DNA of 64,000 nt. Origin: Lama guanicoe (lineage: Eukaryota). Below, in pieces: positions 1 to 12,800 of the stretch. Numbering within the stretch: position 1 is the stretch's first letter; every line of letters begins with the position of its first letter. Position numbers and translations under genes: made by a program. The notes under the pieces were generated by a model. That model saw only the letters and a list, made by a program, of their open reading frames with translations, made no database searches and was not told the origin of the DNA. The stretch lies in contig MU054187.1 in NCBI GenBank assembly GCA_013239625.1, positions 7,389,757-7,453,756 on the forward strand, read 5' to 3'.

Positions 1-232
1 CCCAGATAGAGCTTCAGAGATGAGGGAAGGAGGCCTGTGCCCCAGCCCCAACCAGTAACTAAGTGGCTGCAAGCTGTCTCCAGGGGGTGGTGTAATGTCG
101 GGCAGAGCAGCTTCTCTGAGGGCAATTCCTGGAGGGGACGGGGAGCAATCAGCAGCCAGGAGTGTGGGCGGCTGGGGAAGTGGGTGCTTCAGCCCTGCAG
201 GGGCTCGGGGCAGCCCACGGCAGCATCCACCG
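1..232. mobile_element. Old ERVL-type LTR fragment (LTR33/LTR16-like)
   Basis: GAGGGCAATTCCTGGAGGGGAC...CAGCAGCCA...CAGCATCCAC resembles my recollection of the LTR33/LTR16 consensus. Confidence 0.45.
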
Positions 233-547
233 CGGTGCATAAAGTCTCTCGTCCGTCTTCCCAAAACGTTCCTGCTCTCAGCCGAGACACTGATAACGTG
301 TGACCCAACGATGAGTTTCTATTTCATGCTTGACCATTACCTGAACTACAGATTTTCTGTTTTCATGTAAATATGACTCATGTGCGTTATTAAACAACTC
401 AGAAGTCTGATGTCCTCTTTAAAAACTGAGAATCCTAACAAAATATTGCTTTTGAATGAAGACCACTACCTCTCCATGGAGACAGATGACCCAGGAAAGT
501 ACACTGAGGTTCAGGTCCAGATTTTCCTTAGAGTTTTTAAAAAACTA

Positions 548-650
548 TTTGTAAATTTTTATTTATTGTAAAATGGAGGTACTGGGGATTGAACCTGGGA
601 ACTGGGGGATGCTAACTAAGCACGTGCTCTACCACTGAGCTATAGCCGCC
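548..650 (-). mobile_element. tRNA-derived SINE (camelid Vic-1-like)
   Basis: ATGGAGGTACTGGGGATTGAACC...CTCTACCACTGAGCTATA is the reverse complement of A box TAGCTCAGTGG and B box GGTTCAATCCC; T-rich tail upstream. Confidence 0.85.
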
Positions 651-3227
651 ACTTTAGCATTTCAAAAAATATTTCCTTTCAAAGCACATATAATTGAGAG
701 CTTTAGATCCTGAAATTCCACTCTATGTAGCATACAGGTTCCGAAATTTCAGTTTGCAAAATAAGGAGGCACTCTAGAATTCTAAGCTTTATTCATTTAG
801 GATAGCAGATAGCCACTAAAGACAGATAAAGAGTCAGCAGTGTAAGAAGGAGACTAGAAAGTTAACTGCACAACTATTAGGAAGTTAAGATGTCACAAAA
901 TACACCATGAGTCATGAAATGAAGTTTCCTCATCATTGTTTCGCTCTTTGATTTCTCCTATAAATTCCAAATAGGGTTGGAGGAATCCTGCCGTTTCTCC
1001 TGATGTTTTTTCTTTAACAGGATCTATCACTCTCTTCTGCATTCCCAGGGCATCTTCTAGGATTTTCAAACCAAATTCCATTTCATGGATATTAGAGTGT
1101 ACATGACAAACTTTATATTCTGTACTCATGCACCTAAGATTGTGCACCTTTGGTGTTTTTCAGTATTTATCTGATGCTTTCTCAGCTTCTCCAGATATGC
1201 TGGGATTATTATGTTAATGGATCCCTGGCTGGCAGGTTTAAGGGGCTATATATATCACTTTTTCTTCATCTTCAGAAATGAGAAATGTCATTTTAATTTG
1301 TAAAAAGATTGTCTTTTTCAAGATAGTCATCTTCTGACCACACTTGATGTAGTCATCATTAATTCCTCCACTGTCAGCTCTTCTTATGTTTTTGGACCAC
1401 CTGTTAAGTCTCATCAACCTGCTGGGCTCCAGCCAGGGTTCCTGCCCCACTCTCCCTCTCGGGTTCCCACTTCCGTGAGCAGAGCATGTAGTCAGAGCTT
1501 CAAAGTACATTCTAAGCACATTCAAGTCTCATTCTATAAGAGAAAAGAACCATTTCTCCCAAAAAGCAACATATCTTTAGAGCTAATGTTTATTCTGTTC
1601 ATCTATATTACAAGCTATTATTAACTTAACTTCACATTCCTTATTTATGTGGTTGAGCATTTTCCACATTATTGGCCATTTAGATGTCTTCTTTGGTCAA
1701 TTGCTGGCCATTGTTTTTGCCCATTTTTTATTGGAAATGTATTTTCCTTTCTGTTGATTTTTTCCCCCCAGGCAGTAAAGGCCTTCTCATTTCACATCCT
1801 GGTTACTCACCCTGGTCCACAACCCACAAAAAGTACATGATCTTTATCCATTAGGAGTATTCATTTATTTCTTCCTCTAATCTATGATTTACTTCTTATT
1901 AAGAAAGTCATAATGGAGTTACCAAAATTACCTCAAATTTAACTTTTGCAACTGGGCTCAACATTCTCCTATCACAAACTGGCATCCTTTTAATATGTTC
2001 ATATATCTATCCATACCATCTTTCTAATCTCCAAAGCAAGAATCCTTTAAATTACCTTTAACTCTTTTCTCTACAAAGTTCCTTATCTCCCAGCCTACCA
2101 CCAGGTTCTGTCATTCCTTTCTTCAAAATAAACTCCCCTGTCATCCCTCACATCTGCTTTTTTTTTTTTTTTATTCTTCCCCTTCACTGTCTTAAGTAAA
2201 TCCCTCGTTTCATTCCCTAATCACAGTGGTGCTAGTGGTGCTGTCTATCTGGTCTTCTTGCCCCCAGTATTCCCTAGCGGGGGAAAAATAATTTTTACCT
2301 CAAAGGATACTTGTGTAACTTTAGGACTGACCTGTAGGGGTGGAGGGGTTAAGCTGTCTAAATTCCAAAGAAAATATAATGTTTTTAAACATGTAAAAGC
2401 AGCCTGATGATAGTATCACTTGAAAAACGTAGTAGACACACAGGCCAGAAGGGAATCTCTAGGTGCAGAATTATAAAACCAAACGGTTTTCAAGCAAGTT
2501 GAGCAGATTATGTAATCAAAACCATTTTTTTTTTACAGATGAAAATGTTGGAACCCAGAGAGACTGAGTGATTTGTCCAAGGATACTAATTATTATATAT
2601 TCATATACTTACAAATTATGTATACTAAAAATATAGACAAGCAAGTGTGATATAAAGAAGAAAAGTAATTTAAAAATTATTTTATTAATGGGAAAAAAAC
2701 TCTCTTGCTTTTACTATTAATGATATTTTTGATGAATGCTAAGTGAATACGCATAATTGGCTTTTTAAATCTTGGGTCATCACTTTTTGGTACAGTGATC
2801 CAAAAGTTGAGTTGTAAGTTCACCTTTTTTGACACTTGTTTGTTAAAAAAAAAAAAAGATATCTCAGAAAGATATGTAGATCCAATTTTTCAATTCCATC
2901 CACTTATTCAAAAGCTTTAACTGAAAATCAGTACTTTCCACCTTTCCTACTGTCAGTTAACTGCTCTTGACAGTGTATGGCTGTTACTGAAGCGCTTCAT
3001 TTTAAAGTGGAAAAGTTTAAAGTGAGAAAAATCTATTTCCAAGTTTTCTATGTATGTGGAGATAGAATTTTTATGGGTGATATATCTATTTCAAAAATAA
3101 AATTAAATGATAATTTCATTTTTTTCAAAATATTTCTCTTTTCCGAAAAACACTGTTTCTGTATTTATTGTTAAAATGTCATTTAATTGTATGAACTGAC
3201 ATTAAAAATGTGAGTGTTTTTAAGTAT

Positions 3228-3240
3228 CCACTAGGTGGAG
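3228..3240 (+). promoter_or_regulatory. CTCF-like motif
   Basis: CCACTAGGTGGAG resembles the CTCF core CCASYAGRKGGC. Confidence 0.4.
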
Positions 3241-3344
3241 TAATACTAACAGTCATATCAAAATAAAAGTCAGCACACTTGGAACTTTTTAAAAACCTTT
3301 TTATTTAAAGATTAATATATACCCACCATGTACAAATAATTAAC

Positions 3345-4150
3345 TTCAAAAGGATACTAGACCTAAATATTAGAGCTAAAACTATAAAACTTTTATAAGA
3401 AGAAAATCTTTATGACCTTGGTCTAGGTAGAGATTTTTCACATAGGGCACAAAAAGCATGAATCATAAAAGACAAAATTAGTAAATCAGACAATAAAAAT
3501 TAAAAACTCTGGTCACTAAAAGACACTACTATGAAAAGGAAAAGAAGAGCCACCGACTGGAAGAAAATGTTTCCAAACCACATATCTGATAAAAAACTTG
3601 TATCCCAAATACATAAAGAACACAAGTCAATAGTAAGGAAACAATCTAATAAAAAAGAAACATGGATGGCAATAAACATATTAAGTGATGCTCAAGATCA
3701 TTAATTGCTAGGGAAAAGCAATTTAAAACCACAATGAGGTACCTCTACACAGCTGCCAGAATGTCTAAAATTAAATGGCTGACAGTAACAAGCGCTGTCA
3801 AGGACACAGAGCAGGTGGAACTCTCATAAATTGTTAGTTGGAATGCAAAGTGGTACTGCTGTTTTAGGAAAACGGTTCAACGGTTTCTTATAAATTTGAA
3901 CATATACTAACCATGCAATCCAGCAATCTCATTCCCACAGACTTATTCAAGAGAAATGGAAACATCACAAAGATCTATAAGTGAATGTTTATTCATAATA
4001 GCTAAAATCTGGAAACAACAACAAAAAAAAACCCTAAATGCCCATCCACTGGTAAATAGATAAACAAACTGTGGTACATCTATATAATGGAATACTGTTC
4101 AGCAATAAAAAGGAATGAAGAACCAATATATACAATGATATGAATCACTG
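3345..4150 (+). mobile_element. Old L1 (ORF2 3' end / 3'UTR, L1M-type)
   Basis: AGACCTAAAT...AAAACTATAAAACT, AAAACCACAATGAGGTACC, CCAGCAAT, AAACTGTGGTACATC..ATGGAATACT..CAGCAATAAAAAGGAATGAA are L1 hallmarks; many stops. Confidence 0.88.
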
Positions 4151-4249
4151 AAGTATTACAAATGATGCTACAACGAAAAACCTCTACTATATCATTTTGC
4201 AAGTGTGCATATCTACATCTGTCTATCTATACATTCATATAATTATACG

Positions 4250-4460
4250 AAGGGGAATTTTTGGGTCACGTTTATAATTTTGATAGATATTTCAAATTGC
4301 CTTCCTTATGGGTTGTACCAATTTACATTCCCACCAGTAGTGAAAAGTGCACCTATTTCTTTGTGCCCTTATCAAAGGAGAGTGGAAAATTTTTCAATTT
4401 TTGCTAATTTCACAGGGAAATGGCATCTCAGTGTAGATTTAATTCATATTTCTCTTTTCA
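4250..4460 (-). mobile_element. Old L1 fragment
   Basis: GGTTGTACCAATTTACATTCCCACCAG...TGGCATCTCAGTGTAGATTTAATT, antisense L1 ORF2 end. Confidence 0.75.
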
Positions 4461-5469
4461 CATAAGCTCTCATAACTACCTGGTACTCCAACTGATCGTC
4501 TTGCACGTTCCCTGAGACACTCACACTGTGCTTACGATACCAACTCCACACTTCGATACTACTTTCCACCTCTGCACTATTTCCGACCGTTCCCTGTGTC
4601 TGGGATGCCTGCACCCTACTGTTTGCCCAGTGAATCCCTGTTTATCCTTTAACACCCTCGCCAGCTTTGTGAAGCTGTCCTGATTCTCTTGGGTTAGGAT
4701 AACACTGCTGTCCTCTGGACTGCTGTTGTACTTTGCATCTATGATCCTACATTTCATGGTCAATTACAATTATTTGTCTTCTCCAGCTCACTGGGTGCTC
4801 CTGGGCATACCTGAAGGTCTATCTAAGTTCTGTATGACAAGGGCTGAATTCACTCAACTCTCTATCCTCAGGAGCTAGCATGGGTCTGGCACAAACTTAG
4901 ACAAGAAATGGGTTCTGAATGGAAAGGGATGGTTTCTGCCAAAGCAACCACGTTTACGTGAAGACATATGAATGGATGAATGAATGTGTATATGAACGAA
5001 TAAATGCACATGTATAAAGAAATTTTCTGATGAAGAAATCTAACAATATAATTCTATACTTAATGGTGAGTTGTCTCAAATCTCCCTCCTTGAGAACTCA
5101 TATTTTAAAAACCAGAATTTGTGTTATTTGTCTAGTAGTCCACCACGGTCCAGAAACAGCTGGGTAGAATAAGAGAACCAACCATCTTCAGTTTATGCTG
5201 GGCTCCCTCTGCCCACTAAGGACATAAGGAACAAGATAATCTGAGATGCTGGCTTGGAAGAAATTTATTGCTTCTACGACAACCAAGTCAGGGAAAAATC
5301 CTTCTGGTAAGACCTCACAGCTGCACTCACTTTGAAATATCAGTTGCATATTCTCTCATACACCACCCCTCTGACCAAAATGACATGTTGTCCAGCCTGC
5401 TTTCCACCAAGCTATCTTTGACAAATTATTTTCAGCTGAATAGTCATGTTACACTGCATGCTGAGTAAG

Positions 5470-5900
5470 TACTATGCTAGGCAGTGATGACATAAGGATG
5501 AAATCCTTGATGCTGATCCTCAAGGAGCTTAATGGCTGGTAAGAGACACAGACTAAATAAAGGATGCCCAGGTTGCTCTGGGGACACAGAGAAAGGCATC
5601 TGATCCTGTCTGAGAGGATCCAGGAAGGTATCATTGAAGATAGTCATGTAAATGAGCCCTAGAGGATGGGCAAGATTTAGGCAAAGAAATGGCTGGGGGG
5701 TATGGGAGAGTAAAAGGATTTCCAGCCAGAAACAACAGCCTGTGCAAAGATAGAGAGTCAAGAATGAATGTGGTGAGAGAATTCTAAGCGATGCATTGTG
5801 GCTGGAAGGTAGGCGCCTGTGTGTATGTGAATTGGTAGGAGTTTGAGGGAAGAACATGAGAAGATACAGGTCTACCATGTGAGTGTGCTCAAGACAGTGT
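5470..5900 (-). mobile_element. L2 fragment
   Basis: CCCTGATCCTCAAGGAGCTT-like, CAGGAAGG...CCAGAAACAACAGCCTGTGCAAAG are L2 antisense motifs. Confidence 0.6.
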
Positions 5901-7579
5901 GTTGGAGTGCAGGAAAGATTGTAATTTTTATTTATGCTAAGTTTATATTCAAAATTTTTCTTATGATGTAATTTATATGAGATCTAATATTAATATAATA
6001 CAAATATATAAATTACAAAACATAAATTTGGCTGCATTGGGGATGCATGCTCCATGTTGTTTGTCTGGTTAAGGGTATGAGTTCACTGCAATTTGGGGAC
6101 GACTGCTCAGGGTGAAGGGAAACCACGAAGGGTTTTAAGGAGAGAAGTTTGGCAGCAAGATGGAAGATGGCTGATAGGAGAGAGTGTGCAGGGAGTTCTG
6201 AGGTACTAATCACAGTGAGAAAGGCTGAGAGCCTGAATCAGGAAGTAGCCACGGGAATGGTGAGAAAGGGACATTTAGAAGGTAACAGATAGGGCTGACA
6301 CTTTGTGCAATGCAAAGGAAAAAAGACTAGAAATAATAGAGACAAAAGGGAGACGGACACTTTGTAAAGCAACGACAAGTGGGCCAAATCAAAAGTCAAA
6401 TGCAGACTAAACTGAGCAATATCACAGGATGCATATTCTTGTTGAAGACACTGTTGATAGTATTCGTTTAGTGCAAGAATGCATTTGAAGTTGTAAATTT
6501 CCAGGTGTAACACAACAGATGTGTTGTTGGAGACTACCAAGCCAGAAGTAAAAGAAATGACCATATTTGGATCAAAAGAACATTTGAAATGGAATGAGTT
6601 CCACTGGAAGGGGTTTAAAGCTCTGAATTCATTCATACTTGTAAACACCGCAACATGCTGTGAAAGATACTGACATAGTTACCAAGGCTCAGAGTCTCTA
6701 AGAGACTTAAGAGAACCTCCATCTGGACACAAAACACAGCTACAGATAACGTCTAGAAATAGGCACAGGGTGGAGGAGTGAAAATATTTTTATTCTAAGA
6801 CCCTCAGTCACTGCAAGTGAATTTGGGACTTTAGGATAGAATGCTATTTTTAAATAATGGCTAGACCTTCCCCAGTTTTAGACCTAAATATGCAACACTC
6901 TGATTCTCCAGCCAACTTACCTAGCAAAGAAATAATGTAATAAAGATCTAGAACTGTTTCAAGCTGAGGCACTCCTGTTCTTCCCCCTATGCCCCAGCTG
7001 TGCTGATGTCGGTCTCAGTTCTGAAACACGCTCTTCAATCTTTTTCCCCCTCTACCTTGCTTCTGATTACATTTCGCTTTGAGTGTATTCCTTCTTATTT
7101 TTCATGTTTCAGCTTAAGTGTAATATTCTCAAGGAGGCATATATCATACCACTATACAGTTTAGATACTTGTGCTATTCGATTCCATGGATTTCCCTTTG
7201 GTAACACTGATTCGACTTGCAATTAGTTTTTGGTCGGCACCTCCCCAACTGGCAGCACATGTCATGTGGGCAAGAATACTGCCCAACACATGGTGGGCGG
7301 GCACTCAGTAAAAACTGATTGTATTAAGTTGAGATTTCTAGGCAAAACCTAGCTGGGGGGAAAGGGAGGTAATGAGGTTTATTTACTTACTTAAGCATTT
7401 AAGCGTGTGCTTGAACACAGAGCTATCCCCTCCCTCTGCTTTATCTTTTCAAGAGAGGTGTATCTGCTTATTTAAAATCATGCTTTTTATCTTGTACTAT
7501 CTTTGCAACACTTCTGTTAATTTACAATTATTTCAAGACAAGGAAGTTCCTCTCCTCCCCTCTGTACACAAAGTTTGGT

Positions 7580-7692
7580 CCCAATCCTAGAGTTTCTGAT
7601 TTGGTAAATATGGTGGGTCCCAAGAATCTGCAATTGTATTCAGTTCCCAGGAGATACTGTTAGCCCAGGAAAACACTCTGATAAACACTAGT
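7580..7692. mobile_element. MER5A-like hAT-Charlie fragment
   Basis: CCTAGAGTTTCTGATTTGGTA...CCCAAGAATCTGCA...TTCCCAGGAGAT...ACACTCTGATAAACACT. Confidence 0.6.
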
Positions 7693-9140
7693 TTAGGGAA
7701 ACTTTTGGGTTACTTGATGCTTTCTGCTTTTCCTTGTCATAAATTTCCCTGCAGTAAACACAAGAATGAAAAAAAAGTTGTTGACTTTTCTGTTTCAAAG
7801 CAGGCTTTTTAATTAAGACAATTAAGGACTGAAGGCATGGCCTGTAAGATTTCACAAATTTCCTCTTGCGCACTCTCAGTTTCCCTACTCGTAACACGTA
7901 CTCCAGTAGTAAATTCTTTCAAGCTAAAAAAGTCTGTACGGAGTGAAGAATGGGCAGGCTGGAGAGATGAAGAGCAACAACTGAAAAGGTGGGGGAGGGG
8001 GAATTCCTGGGAAACTACGAAAGCATTCGGCCTGAGCTGCGAATCAAGCAGACTCCCTGGGTTGCGTGGCAAAATGCAAGAGCCTGGGAAGCTGAGCAGG
8101 CCTTTACATAGAGCCCACACCGTACCTGTTAGGCAAGGAAACTCTGCCCTTATTGCAAAGATGTTACTGCAGCAAAAGGCTCCTCCGGTTTTGCCAACTT
8201 GCAGAAAGGTAACTTTATCAGTTTCTGCTGAAACTTTAAACGTCTCTTCTTTCAGGACTTAAATGAAAACACGTCCTGCAACTATGCTTACCTTTTCCCA
8301 GGTCAATTGACTCGTTCATCGAAATCAACGTCAGGGGAGAGCAAAGTCTGACTGCAGAAGTGACGGCTGACTTGTGCGTTTTCCCTACCCTGCTCCCGGG
8401 GTTTGGAGAGAATGCACACTTACCGGCGCACCTCCTCTGTCGGTGTCAGTGCCCAGCCACTTTCGCTGCACGTGCCGGCTCGCGCGGCCGGCGCAGCACC
8501 GCTGTCCCGAGGGCCGCTGACTCACCCTGCCGCCCGCGTGGCTTTGGACGCTCCCAGGAGGTGCGGTGGAGGCCGGTCACCGCTGCTCGCTCACCGGCGG
8601 CGGGCGCGGCTGCGACTGCGGCGTCCCTCCCTGCCAACCTCCACTCCGCCGCCTGGAGGGCGCAGCCGCCCCCTGCCGCCTAGGCCCATTTCCTGCTCAG
8701 AATGCGACGGCCTCCGGCTCCCGCCCGCTTTCCCGCCGCGCGTCGCGCGCCCTGTGACCCGGAGCGGGACTGAAGGAAGGCGCGGAAGCGCCCCTGGAAG
8801 CGGACGCTCACAGACGTACAGGCCCGCGCCCCTTCCCCTCTCGACGCATGCGCCCAGGGGTCGGCCGCGCGCGTCCCGTCTGATGACGTAGAGATGCGGA
8901 GGCGGAGCCAAGGTCGGTGGCGGGAGGGTGGGGGAGGAAGAGCGAGGTGAGCGCGGACGTCAGAGTGGAGAGCGGAAGGTCAGGGAGGCTCTGAGCGGAA
9001 GTGAGACTAGGGAGTCTGTCCGCCATTGTGGACCCGAGAAGCGGAGAGCGAGAGGGGGAAGAGGAGCGTGCAAGCGGAAGAGACGGGCCGCTTCCACCGA
9101 CTCCCGAGCGCGAGGCCCTCTTTCTGGCTTCTGAGCGAGC

Positions 9141-9249
9141 GGCGGCGGCGGCGGCGGCTGGAAGAGTCACTCGGCCGAGGGCGGCAGCCAACTGCTGTGA
9201 GTGCACGGGGAGAGGCCCAGGCGGCGGCGGCGGCGGTAGCAGCAGCAGC
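9141..9249 (+). repeat. 5'UTR trinucleotide repeats (GGC)6 and (GGC)5-GGT-(AGC)4
   Basis: (GGC)6 at 9141-9158; (GGC)5 at 9220-9234; (AGC)4 at 9238-9249. Confidence 0.9.
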
Positions 9250-9268
9250 TCTCGGGTTGCGGTGAAGA

Positions 9269-9292
9269 ATGTCAGCCACTAGCGTGGATCAG
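9269..9292 (+). CDS. YTHDF3: YTHDF3 coding exon 1 (MSATSVDQ)
   Basis: ATG at 9269 with A at -3 and an in-frame TGA at 9263-9265; encodes MSATSVDQ, the YTHDF3 N-terminus; donor CAG|GTGAGG at 9292/9293; inside a CpG island. Confidence 0.96.
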
Positions 9293-9778
9293 GTGAGGGA
9301 GCAGAGGCCTCAGGCCCGGCGAAGGCCCGAGCCCCGGAGCTCCACCCTCGCGTGGGGCTTCGGCTCCTCCCCGTCGCCGCCGCTGCCGGCCCCGTAACGG
9401 TGCCCCGGGCGCAAGTTGCCGCGGTTCTGCCGCCCGGGCCGGGGCGTGAGCCCTGGCTCCGGAGCCTGCGGCCCAGGCGGGCGGCCGCGGGGCCGCGGTG
9501 GGTGGGGGCAGGACTGCCCTTCGGGGCCTTAGGACGCGTCCCGAGGGCGGCCGACGTGGGGCTGAGACCACGCGAGCTCCGGGAGACGGATTCCGAGTGG
9601 CGGGTAGGAGGTTTAAGGACTGAGATGGTTGGGAAATTGGTGGCTATGGAGAATGTGGTGGGTATTACTCCTACGCGGATTGTTTAAAATAACTTGTTTC
9701 TGATAACGTCTTTGATTAACACACTTTTCCTCTCTTTCTTTTTTCCCCTTTACCACACCTTTTCGTCTTGCTACACAG

Positions 9779-9803
9779 AGACCTAAAGGGCAAGGAAATA
9801 AGG
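9779..9803 (+). CDS. YTHDF3: YTHDF3 coding exon 2 (RPKGQGNK+G)
   Basis: Long polypyrimidine tract and CAG acceptor (AG 9777-9778); AGA CCT AAA GGG CAA GGA AAT AAG G; donor GTGAGT at 9804; 25 nt. Confidence 0.95.
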
Positions 9804-12800
9804 GTGAGTTCGGATATTTTTATCTTATTTTTCATTTGTTGGTTTGATGTTGCTTGTAGCTATGCGAAGGGCTTTTTGTTTTTGCTTTTTTTTTTTTTTG
9901 GAAATGTAAGATTAGAGAAACAGTTAATCTCAGCTAAGGCAGCCAAATGCTGTCCGAAAGTTCTGTAGTTCCTTGTTTTGAAGCCACTTTTCTAGAAACA
10001 AAAGTGATACAAGGAACAATTTTATTAGTTGTATTTCACTTAAGGAGAGGATCATGAATGTAGTGACATTTTTTTATTTTTGCAAGTTGTGTTATATAAT
10101 TTCTGCCACAAATTCTACAAATGTATGTAGATAAGTAGGCATTTTGTTCGACATGCCTGGGTTATATTGGAACGTGCAACCCACATAGAATTCCATGTCA
10201 CATTAGTGAAAATTGTTCTGGTTTTTCACTGATTGTATTGAAGTAAATCACATGGAGTCAGTAACCAGTTAGAAATCAAAACTGCACAGGCATATCATGT
10301 TGCTATGTAGTCCCGCACGGTTTGACTCAGTCTGGTGTTTTAGAAAGGACTCGGAAGGAAATAGTTTGTGAGGTGCCTGCCAGGGTTATATTATTTACTC
10401 TTAGTTAAAGGGAAAAAGTACTATTGAAAGTCAAGCATTTGTTTTAAAGTGTATTTTGTATTAATATGGAACAATAACAGTCAGCTGACTGAAACATGAC
10501 ATTAACCATGTGACAGTTAAGTATACAACAATAACTGCTTTCTTGGGACAGTGCCAATTAAGTAACATTACAGTGACTTACATATTTATTACATTTTGTA
10601 TTAGAGCTTGAAATTAGACTAAATAGAACTATGCTTCCTGTATTTTTTTCTGTAGCAAAGTATTACCTGTAAAATAAGATTTACAGTAGCCTTTTAGAAG
10701 CAAGTTCAATGTCTTTGTTGATGCCTTTTATAGTCTTAGGGTTTTTATTAGCTATTGAAATGTTGAAAGGAATGGGTTTTGTATACACAGCTTAGTTAAT
10801 TTTGAGTTGTAGTAGGTTTGAGAATTTTTACATAACTAGATATATGGCATTGTATAAGGGAACAGATTCATTGCTTTGATTAAAGATTTATATAAACATG
10901 GGAATTTTAATTTTTAGAATTTAGTTTTAATTTTAGGATTTTCTGTGTTCTAAGTATAAAACCTCAAAAGTTTGATATTGTTGATTTATTTTAAGTGAGA
11001 TTTTAAAAATTTATTTGAATTTAAAAAGAATGACCCATTAATTTCCTTTTTGCTAGTCTGCCCATTAGGAAGTATATGTACAGACTTGGAGATAATGTGA
11101 AATCTGTGGTCGTTATTGCCTAGCATAAATTATTTTATCCTAGATCTGTGGGGAGGTGGCACTTTGCAAGGCTATTTGAAATGCTAAATGTTTTGTGTTA
11201 CCTGCTTTAAGGTAAGTATGCAAGTTCTGTGAAGTACTTAACTTTGACAAAACAGAGCATCTACATGATGCATTGTCAACCACTGTTGTATTACTGTAAG
11301 TTTGATTTATGATATAGTCTTCTCACTTAGATATGCCCTCGTGACATTTTTGATATTGGAGATACAAATTTTCTATGAGCAAAATTATGTATTGACTACA
11401 AATAAATATTTTTGGTTATTAAAATTTTTTTAAATCAGTATCACTATTATGTGTATTCACACACACATTACAAAGTAATATTTGGACAGTTGTGTATTCC
11501 AAGAAATTTTCTTTTCTTTCCCCCTTACCATTCAGTTCATAGTTTCATCCTTGGATAGAACAATGGACTGGGATTCCTAGGAGACCCGTGTTCTAATACC
11601 GCCTATGGCTACTGACTTGCCAAGTGAGCTTGAACATGTTGCACCATTTGTTCAGAATTTACCCTCTGTATATAAAATAAAAGTAATAATTCTAGCCATA
11701 AATCCTATTGTATGTTACGAGGGTTGTTGTCATTACAATTACAACAGTTCACTGCTCTAGGAGCCATTACATTTGCACCTCACCTCATCTGTTGTGAAGG
11801 TGCAGGAAAACTATTTCCTGAGACATGGCAGGAGGGAAAAACTATTGGCCTAAAAGTATTGCTAATCATTTAAGATGCTTTAAATTGATAGATACTGCAA
11901 GGGCACGAATACACATATACATGACTTGTATTTTGATGCCTCTGCAGGGAAAATTACAAGAAGGCAGCACTTCCCCTGAACTGATACGAGTGTGTGTTTG
12001 AGAGAAACTACTCTGTCCTAGCTGACTTGGTTTTCAAGCTAGTAAAACTGCTGTGTAATTATTCTGTTTACTTTTGTGAAGCAGAAAGCAAAGTTATTTT
12101 TCTTCAACTAAAGCCCCAGTATTCTAACAATATGAGTATTAAACTTGAATCCAGAACTTACCAAACTTAAGAAAAATAAAAGTCCCCGAGGAGTTGTCAG
12201 TGTTTTGAAAGCATAATCCTTTTCACTTGACTTGATACGCTCTCAGAGACTGTATTTCCCTTCTCAGTAATCTTCAGTTACAGCGCTAGCCTAACACCTG
12301 GCTTCAGTGTCTTTGGTTTTCTGCTGTTTTCCTGTATATCCTTAAATGCACTAAGGAACTAAAATTGAAAAGGAATTCCGTATCAATCTCTTTGTAAGGC
12401 AAAAATGCTTTTGTAGGATAAATAATACTTCTAAGTTTACTTGTTTCTAAGGTGGAGTTCTTTTTAATTAATAGACTGTCCTTAAATTAAATATTAGAGC
12501 TCTCTGTTGTCCCTGACCAGGGTAGTATTGGGGGATAGTAGAAATTTCAGGATAATCATGTACCTGTTGGTCCAGAATTTAAAACTTTCTGTCACTTAGA
12601 TTAACAAGTAGAATTTTTGCTTGCTGGAGTAAAAGTATACTGTTCCTTTCCCTGCAGGCATTGCAGATAAAAGTGCCAGATCCCACACTCCCAGTAGCCT
12701 CAGGCCTTGCTGCCTGCTTGCTCCTATCCCTTAGGTTTATAAATAGGCAAATTTATGGAAAGGAATGTATCTTCTCCCTCCCATCCTCCCCTGCCCATCC

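Larger units (their letters stand above)
8380..9610. promoter_or_regulatory. CpG island promoter of YTHDF3 (probably bidirectional)
   Basis: Very high GC and CpG density. ETS/GABPA CGGAAG (8783-8788, 8973-8978, CGGAAGT 8996-9002), NRF1-like CGCATGCGC (8845-8853), CRE-like TGACGTA (8884-8890) and GACGTCA (8956-8962), YY1-like CCGCCATTGT (9020-9029); no TATA box seen. Confidence 0.92.

Noticed and set aside
7837..8262. 141-aa ATG ORF upstream of the promoter
   Set aside because: No recognisable family; lies upstream of the likely start site; compatible with chance.
8360..9687. Many overlapping Arg/Pro/Ala/Gly-rich ORFs on both strands
   Set aside because: Expected from stop-codon scarcity in a CpG island; no recognisable domains.
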